Source: Alphaproteobacteria bacterium
GTDB taxonomy: Bacteria > Pseudomonadota > Alphaproteobacteria > Sphingomonadales > Kordiimonadaceae
DNA: 59,651 nucleotides
NCBI GenBank assembly: GCA_013372925.1
Contig: JABXIV010000061.1
Coordinates: 1-59,651 of the forward strand
Reading direction: 5' to 3'
Shown here: positions 19,746 to 29,472 of the stretch, piece by piece
Layout of the letters: each line of letters begins with the position of its first letter
Position numbering within the stretch: position 1 is the first letter of the stretch
Translations under genes and position numbers: made by a program
Notes under the pieces: model-generated
The model's database searches: none
What the model was told of the DNA's origin: nothing
What the model saw: the letters and a program-made list of their open reading frames with translations, nothing else

Positions 19746-21077
19746 CTAATCCGCCTTACGCCACTTAATGCCGTCAGCGCCCACTTCAATGACAAGACCC
19801 AACGCTTTTGCTTCGTCCCGAATACGGTCTGCTTCAGCAAAATCCTTATCGGTGCGCGCTTGCATGTAAGTTTCGGTGTTGGCTTCGATGAAGGCGGACT
19901 GAGCCTCGTCAAAACTTTGGAACCAGTTCGCAGGATCATTCATCAAAAGCCCCATGAACTGGGCCCCTGCCTTCAGTTCCGCTGCTGTTTCAACAGCGGC
20001 AAGGGCATCAAGGGCTGCAATGGCCTTCGGTGTATTCAGGTCATCCGCGAGTGCTTCAATCACGCTTGTTGGCACTTCTGCTGCAGCGGTAACGCCGTCA
20101 GTCAGGCGGTACCAGCGGTCAAGTCGGCGCTTTTGCTCACGGGCACTGTCCAGTGAAAAGTCCACCGGCTGCCGATAATGGGCAGTCAGGATACTCAACC
20201 GCAGCGCTTCGCCAGGAAACTCACGCACCAAGTCATGCACCGTGTGATAGTTACCGAGCGACTTGGACATCTTTTCGCCATCGACGGTCAGATAGCCATT
20301 GTGCATCCAATAGCGTACGAACGGCGCATCATGAGCGCATTCGCTTTGCGCGATCTCATTCTCATGATGAGGGAAGATAAGATCCTGTCCACCGCCATGA
20401 ATGTCGATTGTTTCTCCCAAGTGCTTCTCGATCATGCAGGAGCATTCAAGGTGCCAGCCAGGTCGGCCACGGCCCCAGGGACTATTCCAGCCTACCTGAT
20501 CTTCGCTTGATGGCTTCCACAGCACAAAATCTGCAGGATCTTTCTTGAAAGGGGCAACCTCAACACGGGCACCGGCCACAAGCTCATCACGGCTATGACC
20601 TGAAAGAGTGCCGTAATTCTCCATGGATGGCACGTTGAACAGCACATGTCCTTCAGCCACATAGGCATGCCCTTTTTCAATCAGGGTCTGCATCATGCGG
20701 ATCATTTCCCCAAGGTGCTCTGTCGCTTTAGGCTGAAGTGTCGGATCAAGCGCCCCCATCATCGCCATATCTTCCTGATAGATTTTGGAATAGCGGTTGG
20801 AGACTGCCTTGATGGAGGAGCCCTCATCCACAGCACGCTTCATGATCTTGTCGTCAATGTCCGTGATATTGCGGGCATAGGTAACGTGCTCTGCACCGTA
20901 AACGTGCCGAAGCAGACGGAACAGCATATCGAAAACAACAACAGGCCGCGAATTTCCGATATGGGCATAGTCATACACTGTAGGCCCACACACATACATG
21001 CGCACATTTTGTGGGTCTATAGGTTCGAACTTCTGCTTTTCTCGCGCCTGCGTGTTGTAGACGAAAATGTCGGTCAT
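19746..21077 (-). CDS. cysS: Cysteine--tRNA ligase
   Basis: YVCGPTVY, HIGN, GRPGWHLEC, DIHGGG and KMSKS motifs. Confidence 0.98.
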   Translation of the reverse strand: MTDIFVYNTQAREKQKFEPIDPQNVRMYVCGPTVYDYAHIGNSRPVVVFDMLFRLLRHVYGAEHVTYARNITDIDDKIMKRAVDEGSSIKAVSNRYSKIYQEDMAMMGALDPTLQPKATEHLGEMIRMMQTLIEKGHAYVAEGHVLFNVPSMENYGTLSGHSRDELVAGARVEVAPFKKDPADFVLWKPSSEDQVGWNSPWGRGRPGWHLECSCMIEKHLGETIDIHGGGQDLIFPHHENEIAQSECAHDAPFVRYWMHNGYLTVDGEKMSKSLGNYHTVHDLVREFPGEALRLSILTAHYRQPVDFSLDSAREQKRRLDRWYRLTDGVTAAAEVPTSVIEALADDLNTPKAIAALDALAAVETAAELKAGAQFMGLLMNDPANWFQSFDEAQSAFIEANTETYMQARTDKDFAEADRIRDEAKALGLVIEVGADGIKWRKAD

Positions 21078-22405
21078 GCCGCCTCGCCTCCAAGACGTGC
21101 GAGTACTTTTTCACGTCCAATAAGCGGCAACAGCATGCTCATATCCGGGCCATGGTTCTGGCCCGTAAGCGCCTGACGAAGCGGCATAAAGAGCGCCCTG
21201 CCCTTTGCTCCTGTTTCCACTTTGATTGCGTCGGTCCACTCTTTCCAGCTTTCAGCAGTCAGCTCACCTTCAGGCAACAGGTCACGCGTTTTTGCGATAT
21301 GGTCTGCGTCCTCGATTACTGGCGTAACAGGGCCATCAATGATGGTCTTCAATTCCGCGACATCCGAAAGCTTGTTGATATTTGGCTGCAAGGCAAGCCA
21401 CATATCTTCGGATACGCCCTCAAGGCGATCAGCCACCGCCGTATAAGGCATCATATGCAGGATCTTCGCGTTCAGCACTTCAAGGTCTGCCGGGTCGAGC
21501 TTCGCAGTCGCGCGACCGAATTTGCCAAAATCAAAACCATCAATCAGCGGCTGCGCGTCAGCAAATGGTTCGATCGGTTCGCTCGTGCCAACTCGCGCCA
21601 GCAGGGAAACAATAGACATTGGCTCAAGGCCGGCTTCATCCCGATATTCACCGATAGACATGGCACCATGGCGTTTCGAAAGGCCTTCCCCGCCCTTGCC
21701 TGTCAATAGTGCGAAGTGTGCCATTTCCGGCGCTTTGCCGCCCACGGCTTCAAAAATCTGCACCTGCACCGCTGAGTTCGTGACATGGTCTTCACCGCGC
21801 ACAATATGCGTGATGCCATAATCCACGTCATCCACAACGCTTGGCAGCGTGTAAAGGAAAGAACCATCTTCACGGATCAGGATCGGATCAGAAAGTGCCT
21901 CAAGGTCGATTGAAACATCGCCGCGGATCAGGTCTGTCCAATCAACACGCGCTGGTGTGTTCAACTTGAAGCGCCAGTGGGGTTTGCGCCCTTCAGCTTC
22001 AAAGGCAGCTTTTTCCTCATCACTCAGGTTCAGGGCCGCACGATCATACACCGGCGGCTTACCACGGCCCATTTGGATCTTACGCTTCATGTCCAGCTCA
22101 TCAGCTGTTTCATAGCAAGGATACAGACGGCCTTCAGCCTTCAGTTTTTCAACCACTTCATTGTAGCGGTCGAACCGATCACTTTGGTTGAAGGTTTCAT
22201 CCCACTTAAGGCCGAGCCATTCAAGATCCTGCTTGATCGATGCTTCGTTTTCCTTCGTAGACCGCTCGCGGTCAGTATCATCGATCCGCAAAACAAAGGT
22301 GCCACCCTGCTGGCGTGCGAACAACCAATTTACAAGTGCTGCACGGATATTCCCTACATGCAACTTGCCAGTAGGTGACGGAGCAAAACGAACCTTTACA
22401 GTCAT
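21074..22405 (-). CDS. gltX: Glutamate--tRNA ligase (probably one of two paralogues)
   Basis: RFAPSPTG.LHVGN, LRIDDTD, RGEDH and LSKR motifs, with the anticodon domain present. Confidence 0.95.
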   Translation of the reverse strand: MTVKVRFAPSPTGKLHVGNIRAALVNWLFARQQGGTFVLRIDDTDRERSTKENEASIKQDLEWLGLKWDETFNQSDRFDRYNEVVEKLKAEGRLYPCYETADELDMKRKIQMGRGKPPVYDRAALNLSDEEKAAFEAEGRKPHWRFKLNTPARVDWTDLIRGDVSIDLEALSDPILIREDGSFLYTLPSVVDDVDYGITHIVRGEDHVTNSAVQVQIFEAVGGKAPEMAHFALLTGKGGEGLSKRHGAMSIGEYRDEAGLEPMSIVSLLARVGTSEPIEPFADAQPLIDGFDFGKFGRATAKLDPADLEVLNAKILHMMPYTAVADRLEGVSEDMWLALQPNINKLSDVAELKTIIDGPVTPVIEDADHIAKTRDLLPEGELTAESWKEWTDAIKVETGAKGRALFMPLRQALTGQNHGPDMSMLLPLIGREKVLARLGGEAA

Positions 22406-22437
22406 GGTCTAAATCCAATTATCTGGGCCCTTGGGCC

Positions 22438-24111
22438 TTATTTATCTCTGCGGGCGCTACGGAACCCGTTTGTTATCGGGTAACGGCGATCCCTGCCAAA
22501 ATTCTTACGCGTGATTTTCACACCCGGCGGTGCCTGACGCCTTTTGTATTCGGCGATGTACAGCAGGTGCTCGATCCGCGCAACCTCTGATGCGCTATGA
22601 CCGCGTGCGATCACCTCATCAACCGACATTTCTTCATCAACAAGGCACCGCAGCATATCATCCAGCGCTTCGTATGGCGGAAGGCTGTCTTCGTCTTTCT
22701 GGTCCTCTCGAAGCTCAGCGGTTGGCGGCTTGGTGATAATGTTCGTGGGGATCACTTCCCCCAAAGGCCCTAACGCGCCTTCAGGCACGTTTTCGTTTCG
22801 CCACCGAGACAATTCAAACACATCCAGCTTATAGACGTCCTTGAGAACACTATACCCACCGCACATGTCACCATACAGCGTGGCATAGCCCACTGACATC
22901 TCAGATTTATTTCCTGTTGTCAGCACCATCTTGCCAAACTTGTTCGACAGCGCCATCAAGAGCACCCCCCTGAGGCGGGACTGAATGTTTTCTTCTGTTG
23001 TATCCGGCTCAACACCAGCAAATACGCCAGAAAGCATGGTATCAAACGCCTCAACACCGGGCTTGATGGCGACCACATCATACTTCACGCCGAGGGCTTT
23101 TGCGCATTCCTCCGCATCGCCAAGGCTTTCACCGGATGTGTATTTCGATGGCATCATCACGCAGTGGACCTTGTCCGCCCCCAATGCATCCACAGCCACT
23201 GCGGCTGACAGCGCGCTATCAATACCGCCAGAAAGGCCTATCAAGACGCCCGGAAAACGATTCTTCTCGACATAGTCTTTCAGCCCCAAAACCATGGCTT
23301 GGTACATGCTTTCGAAATGGCTGGGGGCTGAACATTCATGCTGCATTGTACATTCAAGACCATTCGAGCCGCGCTGCCATGTCGTCAGCAACTCCTCTTC
23401 TTTCCAGAACGCCATTTGCACAGGCATGGTTCCATCAGCGCCAAGAACAAAACTGCCCCCATCAAATACCAGCTCGTCCTGCCCACTCATCTGATTACAG
23501 AAAATGAGCGGCAGGCCCGTTTCATCAACCCGGTTGCGCGCGTGAACCCTGCGTTCAGGGTGTTTATCCAGCTCAAATGGGCTGCATGTCGGCACCAATA
23601 GAATATCGGCACCAAGGTGCGCCAACCTGTTACTGCAGCTGGGGAACCACATATCTTCGCAAATCATCGCACCCAGCTTGAAGCCACGGAAATCAATTGG
23701 CTTTTGCGGTGGACCTGGCACAAAAACGCGTTTCTCATCGAAAACGCCATAGTTGGGCAGGTCATGCTTATAGCGAATAGCCTTGATCTCACCGCCTTCA
23801 AGCAAAATTACAGCATTATGCAGTATGTCGCCCTCATACCATGGGCAGCCGATGATCAGCCCTGGCTTGCCATCGCCTTTGGTAATGGTCGCCAACTCTT
23901 TTGCCGCCGCCATGGCACTTCGCACAAAGAACGGTTTCAACACCAAATCTTCCAGCGGGTACCCGGTTAGCGAGAGTTCCGGTGTAAGAACGAGATCTCC
24001 CCCGGCGTCGCTGCCTCTTTGGTATGCTTCAGCAATCCGTGCGGCATTCTTTTCCAGGCCACCAACGGTCGGGTTCATCTGAACGAGATATATGGATAAT
24101 GTATCGGTCAT
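22438..24111 (-). CDS. nadE: Glutamine-dependent NAD+ synthetase
   Basis: Nitrilase domain (PEL, K..LPNY, ICED) plus SGGIDS, ENIQSR, TGNKSE and GYATLYGD motifs. Confidence 0.96.
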   Translation of the reverse strand: MTDTLSIYLVQMNPTVGGLEKNAARIAEAYQRGSDAGGDLVLTPELSLTGYPLEDLVLKPFFVRSAMAAAKELATITKGDGKPGLIIGCPWYEGDILHNAVILLEGGEIKAIRYKHDLPNYGVFDEKRVFVPGPPQKPIDFRGFKLGAMICEDMWFPSCSNRLAHLGADILLVPTCSPFELDKHPERRVHARNRVDETGLPLIFCNQMSGQDELVFDGGSFVLGADGTMPVQMAFWKEEELLTTWQRGSNGLECTMQHECSAPSHFESMYQAMVLGLKDYVEKNRFPGVLIGLSGGIDSALSAAVAVDALGADKVHCVMMPSKYTSGESLGDAEECAKALGVKYDVVAIKPGVEAFDTMLSGVFAGVEPDTTEENIQSRLRGVLLMALSNKFGKMVLTTGNKSEMSVGYATLYGDMCGGYSVLKDVYKLDVFELSRWRNENVPEGALGPLGEVIPTNIITKPPTAELREDQKDEDSLPPYEALDDMLRCLVDEEMSVDEVIARGHSASEVARIEHLLYIAEYKRRQAPPGVKITRKNFGRDRRYPITNGFRSARRDK

Positions 24112-24239
24112 GACGCGCTTTTACCCTTGTTCCTACGCAGGAACAAGATAAAGAAAATCACCTACCCCGCTAATACAGCTTGCCGACCAAAAGAATTCTG
24201 ATAGGTTGCAGGCCCGGCAAATGTTTAAAGGAATTATTT

Positions 24240-24872
24240 ATGCCGGATCTCTCCACACTCTTGTTATTTTCCGCTGCTAGCCTTGCGCTTACGATGACGC
24301 CTGGCCCAGACATGCTGTTGATTGCATCAAGAAGCGTCAGCCAAGGCAAATCAGCTGGCTTTTTAACCTATGCAGGAATCGCCGCTGGATGCTATTGCCA
24401 TGCGCTTATGGTTGCCTTTGGCCTTGCACAATTATTTCTATTGGTTCCAGCCGCGTTTGACATCGTTCGGTTCGCTGGTGCCGCCTATCTGTTATTTTTG
24501 GCATGGCAAACCATACGCGCGAAGCCCTCTGATGCCAGCACCTCAGTTGAAGCACCACGCCACCGCAAGCGGCGTATTTTTAGCGAAGGTCTGCTGACAA
24601 ACCTACTGAACCCGAAAATGGCGCTGTTCATGCTCGCGCTTTTCCCGCAGTTTCTTGATCCTTCAGCTGGGTCAATGGTCATTCAAACGCTGGTGCTGGT
24701 AACCATCCTCAACATTGTTGGTTTCTTTGTGAACGGCACTGTGATCATTGCAAGCAGCAAGCTTCATCGGGCTTTTGGGCAAGGCGGCGGTTTCGGCCGC
24801 TGGCCGCAATATTTGCTGGCAAGCGTTTTTACGGGCCTGGCAGTAAGGCTGGCGTTCGATAGCCGCTCCTAA
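24240..24872 (+). CDS. LysE/RhtB family exporter
   Basis: TPGPD, GAAYL and NLLNPK motifs, about 6 TM segments. SD AAGGA precedes ATG 24240. Confidence 0.92.
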   Translation: MPDLSTLLLFSAASLALTMTPGPDMLLIASRSVSQGKSAGFLTYAGIAAGCYCHALMVAFGLAQLFLLVPAAFDIVRFAGAAYLLFLAWQTIRAKPSDASTSVEAPRHRKRRIFSEGLLTNLLNPKMALFMLALFPQFLDPSAGSMVIQTLVLVTILNIVGFFVNGTVIIASSKLHRAFGQGGGFGRWPQYLLASVFTGLAVRLAFDSRS

Positions 24873-24887
24873 GACCTGCAGACAATC

Positions 24888-24923
24888 AAAAAGGCACCCT
24901 AAAATCAGGGTGCCTTTTCTCTT
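24888..24923. terminator. Bidirectional intrinsic terminator
   Basis: AAAAGGCACCCT-aaaatc-AGGGTGCCTTTT between convergent genes. Confidence 0.88.
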
Positions 24924-24938
24924 TGTATTTAAAGTCGC

Positions 24939-26312
24939 CTACGCTGCGGCATTTTTCGCCAGTGCGTCTCGCTCTTCCTTAAGCGCCTCGGCCAGCAAGA
25001 ACGCCAATTCAATTGACTGGCTGGCATTCAAACGCGGATCGCAATGGGTGTGATAGCGGGAAGACAGGCTGTCTTCTGTGATCGCCACGGCCCCGCCGAT
25101 ACACTCAGTTACATTCTGCCCCGTAAGCTCAAGGTGGATACCACCAGCATATGTGCCCTCAGCCCTATGACAGGCAAACACCTGACGCACTTCTTTGAGT
25201 ACGCGGTCAAACGGACGAGTTTTCAACCCGCCTGTCGCTTTTTGCGTATTGCCGTGCATCGGATCGCATGACCACACAACCTTGCGCCCTTCCGTCTGCA
25301 CTGCGCGAAGAAGGCGCGGCAGATGTTCTTCCACCTTGTCTGCCCCAAAACGAGTGATCAGGGTCAAACGTCCTGCCTCATTATCCGGGTTCAGCTTATC
25401 AATCAGGCGCAGCAGATCATCTACCTCAGTCGTTGGCCCGACCTTCGAGGCGATAGGGTTTGAAATACCACTAAGGAATTCAAGGTGCGCACCATCAACC
25501 TGTCGGGTGCGATCACCAACCCACAGCATATGGGCAGATGTGTCATACCAGTCACCTGTGGTGGAATCCACGCGGGTCAACGCTTGCTCATATCCAAGAA
25601 GCAGCGCTTCATGGCTCGTGTAAAAATCTGTACCCTGCAACTGACGCACGTCGCCTGGATTGATGCCACATGCTTCCATAAAGTTCAGCGCTTCACCAAT
25701 CCGGTCTGCCAGTTCACGATATTTTTCACCAGCACCACTTTGAGACACAAAATCAAGGTTCCAGCGATGTACAGACATCAAATTAGCATACCCGCCCTGC
25801 GCAAATGCACGCAGCAGGTTAAGCGTTGCAGCCGCTTGGCTATATGCACGCAGCATGCGGTTTGGGTCGGGAATTCTGGCTTCTTCTTCAAACGCAGGCC
25901 CATTGATAATATCACCGCGATAACTCGGCAGCTCCAAACCATCCAATGTTTCAGTGTTGCTTGAGCGCGGCTTGGCAAATTGCCCAGCCAACCGGCCTAC
26001 TTTTACAACCGGACAGCTCGCCGCGAATGTCAGAACAACAGCCATCTGCAAAAGCACGCGGAAAGTGTCACGAATGTTATTCGGGTGAAATTCAGCAAAG
26101 CTTTCAGCACAATCGCCACCCTGCAGCAGGAAGGCCTTGCCCTCTGCCACGTCGGCAAGCTGTGCCTTCAGGTGCCGTGCTTCACCAGCAAATACAAGTG
26201 GTGGATAAGAAGAAAGTTCTTCTTCAACACGCTTCAGCACTTCCTCATCAGGATAGTCCGGCACTTGTACAACCGGTCGCTTCCTCCAACTGTCTGGACG
26301 CCACTCACTCAT
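24939..26312 (-). CDS. Class II DAHP synthase
   Basis: [31 protein letters not shown] and CDPRLN motifs. Confidence 0.96.
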   Translation of the reverse strand: MSEWRPDSWRKRPVVQVPDYPDEEVLKRVEEELSSYPPLVFAGEARHLKAQLADVAEGKAFLLQGGDCAESFAEFHPNNIRDTFRVLLQMAVVLTFAASCPVVKVGRLAGQFAKPRSSNTETLDGLELPSYRGDIINGPAFEEEARIPDPNRMLRAYSQAAATLNLLRAFAQGGYANLMSVHRWNLDFVSQSGAGEKYRELADRIGEALNFMEACGINPGDVRQLQGTDFYTSHEALLLGYEQALTRVDSTTGDWYDTSAHMLWVGDRTRQVDGAHLEFLSGISNPIASKVGPTTEVDDLLRLIDKLNPDNEAGRLTLITRFGADKVEEHLPRLLRAVQTEGRKVVWSCDPMHGNTQKATGGLKTRPFDRVLKEVRQVFACHRAEGTYAGGIHLELTGQNVTECIGGAVAITEDSLSSRYHTHCDPRLNASQSIELAFLLAEALKEERDALAKNAAA

Positions 26313-26580
26313 CACTTTTCCTCAACGTTACTCCGCAAATTTGCGCAGTATTATTTCAATATTACACCAATTTGAGTAATTTCATAAGCCCATGTATAAT
26401 CCGGCTTTATGCACCCAGGCAAGCCATAACGGCCTTTTTCCGCCAATTCCACAGTTTCTTGTGTAACATTTTTTGCTAAGCCTTACATAAGATCATTTCT
26501 TGTCTTTCGCTTCAGCTCGGCTTTCTTTACATCTTATCAAGACATTCGAGTATCACCCCCCCTTACTTTTGAGAGTGCAA

Positions 26581-27246
26581 ATGTCCCAGTTTTTAGCCAA
26601 CAAAATCATATTTGATCTGGATGGTACACTGATTGATTCAGCGCCAGACCTGCATGCTGCAACAAATCACGTCCTCAAAAGTATTGGGCGAGACACAGTG
26701 TCCCTTGATCAGGTGCGCCATATGGTTGGCTATGGGGCGCTCAGACTTATCGAACTGGGCCTTGAAGCAACCGGAGACCCTGAAGAGTACTCGGCGGAAG
26801 ACCTGCGCCCTACGTTCCTTCAATATTATGGTGACAATATTACAACCCACACCACACTTTTTGATGGGGCCCTGGACATGATGACCCATTTCAAAAATGA
26901 AGGCATTGAGCTAGGGCTCTGTACCAACAAGCCAATTGCGCTAACCGAGCCCATACTCGACAATCTTGGCATCAGAGAGCTGTTTTCTGCCGTCAGTGGT
27001 GGCGACAGTTTTGATTTTAAAAAGCCTGACCCCCGCCACATCTTTGAAACGGCGAGAAAAATGACCGGCGAAGGCCCAGCTCTTATGGTCGGTGACAGCC
27101 GCCCGGATATCGAAGCCGCCAAGGCCGCCAATATGCCGGCGATCGCAGTCAGCTTCGGCTATTCACAAATGCCCATTCAAGACCTGAGTCCAGATGTAAT
27201 AATTGACCATTTGTCTGATTTGAAGGGGCTGATCAAGCGCGCCTGA
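26581..27246 (+). CDS. gph: HAD hydrolase, phosphoglycolate phosphatase-like
   Basis: FDLDGTLIDS, CTNK, KKPDP and MVGDS..D motifs. Confidence 0.85.
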   Translation: MSQFLANKIIFDLDGTLIDSAPDLHAATNHVLKSIGRDTVSLDQVRHMVGYGALRLIELGLEATGDPEEYSAEDLRPTFLQYYGDNITTHTTLFDGALDMMTHFKNEGIELGLCTNKPIALTEPILDNLGIRELFSAVSGGDSFDFKKPDPRHIFETARKMTGEGPALMVGDSRPDIEAAKAANMPAIAVSFGYSQMPIQDLSPDVIIDHLSDLKGLIKRA

Positions 27247-28237
27247 TGGCTTTATGCCAAAGGTGCCTAGCCAATTGCCGTACCGGCATCCGCATATAGT
27301 GACTTCGGATATATAACAGAATTTCAGCCAACCTGCGATATCGCCTATTCTCTGCCAGCTGTCGAATAAGAAAGCGCAATCGAAGGGAAGGTAAGCCCTG
27401 GCCTTCATCCGCAATATCAAGCCCGAAATATTGCCGAAGCACCCAAAGAGCAGCGGCCACAGGCCCATCTGAACGCACCTCTATTGCCCGAGCGTATAGG
27501 GCCTGCCCTTCCGCTTTTGAAAGGTCTTTATAAAGATAGTAGAGTTCAAGAAAGCTGCGAGCTGGAGTTTCCATCGCCCCATCACCAAAAACATGAATAG
27601 CAGAATGAATAAATCGATCCGTGGGCGAAAGCACTCGGAGGGCTTCTCCTTCAATCGCTCTAGCTTCTTTGATCATTTCAAGGTGATCTGGGTTCAACCT
27701 TGATGTTCTGGGTAGTAATCGATGGTGTATGTCAATAATCGTGCGACGGACGGCATGCCTAAGTGGTGGCAACTCATGCATCCAGCGCCTGTAGTAGCGT
27801 TGATCATATTCATTTTCTGTTGTTGCTTCGGGTTGCCATCCCGCTTCCTTTAACAAAGCTTCCACTTGTTCAAGGTCACTCTCTTCCACAAGAATGTCGA
27901 TATCACTTACACGTCTACCAACGCCCGCAAAAAGATGTTCCGCAACATAGGCACTACCCTTCAACAAGATAGGTTCAACGCCCGTGCCCAAAAGTGCTCT
28001 TTTAATCCGGTCTGTCTCATAAGTGAGCATGCGCCTGTCATAGCTGCTGCGAAGTTTCGCATTCTCACAAATATCAGAAAGCTTGCTCCCGGGCTCCGCA
28101 TCAATCACGGCGGCCACTTGCCCCATAATATGCTCACGCTGTGCCCAAGCGATAAATCCAGACAGTGTTTCAGTATTAGCCGGTAACGGCAAATCACCTA
28201 CTGCGAATGCCAAAAATTCTTGAATTTCCTGTTTCAT
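27233..28237 (-). CDS. Nucleotidyltransferase family protein (NTP_transf_5-like) of the HprK-related cassette
   Basis: LLKG, RRVSDIDILV and IDIHHRL motifs. Start overlaps the kinase stop by 4 nt. Confidence 0.85.
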   Translation of the reverse strand: MKQEIQEFLAFAVGDLPLPANTETLSGFIAWAQREHIMGQVAAVIDAEPGSKLSDICENAKLRSSYDRRMLTYETDRIKRALLGTGVEPILLKGSAYVAEHLFAGVGRRVSDIDILVEESDLEQVEALLKEAGWQPEATTENEYDQRYYRRWMHELPPLRHAVRRTIIDIHHRLLPRTSRLNPDHLEMIKEARAIEGEALRVLSPTDRFIHSAIHVFGDGAMETPARSFLELYYLYKDLSKAEGQALYARAIEVRSDGPVAAALWVLRQYFGLDIADEGQGLPSLRLRFLIRQLAENRRYRRLAEILLYIRSHYMRMPVRQLARHLWHKAIRRA

Positions 28238-29163
28238 GACGGCTCCCTATGAAGAAGGTCATGAACAATTTCCAAGCTATCTTCTGTGTTGCCGTATTTA
28301 ATTTCAAATGCCTGAACACCATCAAGCATAACCATAAGCGCCGTAAAAGCGGGCTCACCTATTACCTGATAGTTCGGCGAGCTAGCTATTAGCTGCATAG
28401 CAGCATCCGCCAAATCAATCTGAGTAATCTGAGGGGCTGCTCCCTCTACAAACTCAGGGAACAAAATGATGCTCGCTGAGGCTGGCTGCCCCGCAGCGGC
28501 CACATCTGAAGCCCGTATACGCCGATAAGCAATATTGCCCTTGGGTGTGTCAGTGAACGTCGCGGACACATTTTCTGAACCTGCAAAGGCTTTAACGACA
28601 TCAATCGCTTGGTTCTTGAGAGAAACCGGTCTTGGATAAGCTTTTAATGTCGCGTCTTGGATATCAAGAATGGCAAACTCATCCGACAACAACCGGAAAC
28701 CATCTTCCATCAGTGCCGCAGTAAGCGTGCTTTTCCCGCCGCCAGACTTGGCCGAAATTATGAGGGCTTCACTACCCTTTGCGACAACGCCTGCATGAAA
28801 AATAGCAAACCGGAAACACTGCAGTGCAACATTCAGGTTTAGTCCCATCTCGAGCGCCAACGGTGATAATGCGGACGGTAGAGGTACGGCGGGAAAGTTA
28901 AAACCAGGATCAGGAACAATCTGCTTGCGAAAAAAACGCCTGTAGAGATTTGGGGGACGCACCGTCATGGAGAAGTCGCATAGCAACTCATTCCCAATTT
29001 CGACCTGCGCTTCCTGGTACATATCCAGGATAAATCGCTGCGTTAGCTCGTCACCTATATTCAGGCGCGTGGCAAAAGGTCCTAATTTCAAAGCCAAGCG
29101 TTTCTCAGAAAGCGCATTAAAAACAGACGCCTCCGGTAGGTCTTTCATAATAACGACGGTCAT
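28234..29163 (-). CDS. HprK-related kinase A
   Basis: HAG, Walker A AKSGGGKST, LLSDE, PRPVSLKN and TPKG motifs. Confidence 0.88.
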   Translation of the reverse strand: MTVVIMKDLPEASVFNALSEKRLALKLGPFATRLNIGDELTQRFILDMYQEAQVEIGNELLCDFSMTVRPPNLYRRFFRKQIVPDPGFNFPAVPLPSALSPLALEMGLNLNVALQCFRFAIFHAGVVAKGSEALIISAKSGGGKSTLTAALMEDGFRLLSDEFAILDIQDATLKAYPRPVSLKNQAIDVVKAFAGSENVSATFTDTPKGNIAYRRIRASDVAAAGQPASASIILFPEFVEGAAPQITQIDLADAAMQLIASSPNYQVIGEPAFTALMVMLDGVQAFEIKYGNTEDSLEIVHDLLHREPS

Positions 29164-29462
29164 GGCCCTACTCGCTGAACGAGGCCAATATCATCCAACT
29201 CATCGAACAGGCGGCGTGCAACACCCCTTGGGCATTCTTCCGCAGGCACTTCAAGGAACATGTGAAACTCAGTCACAATGGTTCGGAGCGACTTTGGCCC
29301 TGCCGACAAATAATCGAGCATTGCCTTCGACACGAGATTGAAGATGTGTGTCGTACCTGAAAGTCGATTATAGACGAAACTTGTGTCGCCGACTTGGCGA
29401 CAGAGATAATGGTCCGGGTTGCTAACCCAGACCCAGTCTTCTTTATTAGGGCCTGCTGTCAC
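29160..29462 (-). CDS. PqqD/RRE-family peptide chaperone (HPr-rel-A system)
   Basis: 100 aa with VYNRLSGTTHIFN beta part and LFDELDDIGLV C-terminal helix. Overlaps the kinase start by 4 nt. Confidence 0.85.
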   Translation of the reverse strand: MTAGPNKEDWVWVSNPDHYLCRQVGDTSFVYNRLSGTTHIFNLVSKAMLDYLSAGPKSLRTIVTEFHMFLEVPAEECPRGVARRLFDELDDIGLVQRVGP

Positions 29463-29472
29463 CGCTTACAAA

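Noticed and set aside
19736-19939. Long N-terminal extension of trmJ overlapping cysS (similar cases for thiL, ribB, nrdR, asnB, gph)
   Set aside because: Artefacts of longest-ORF calling. Family motifs begin at the downstream starts.
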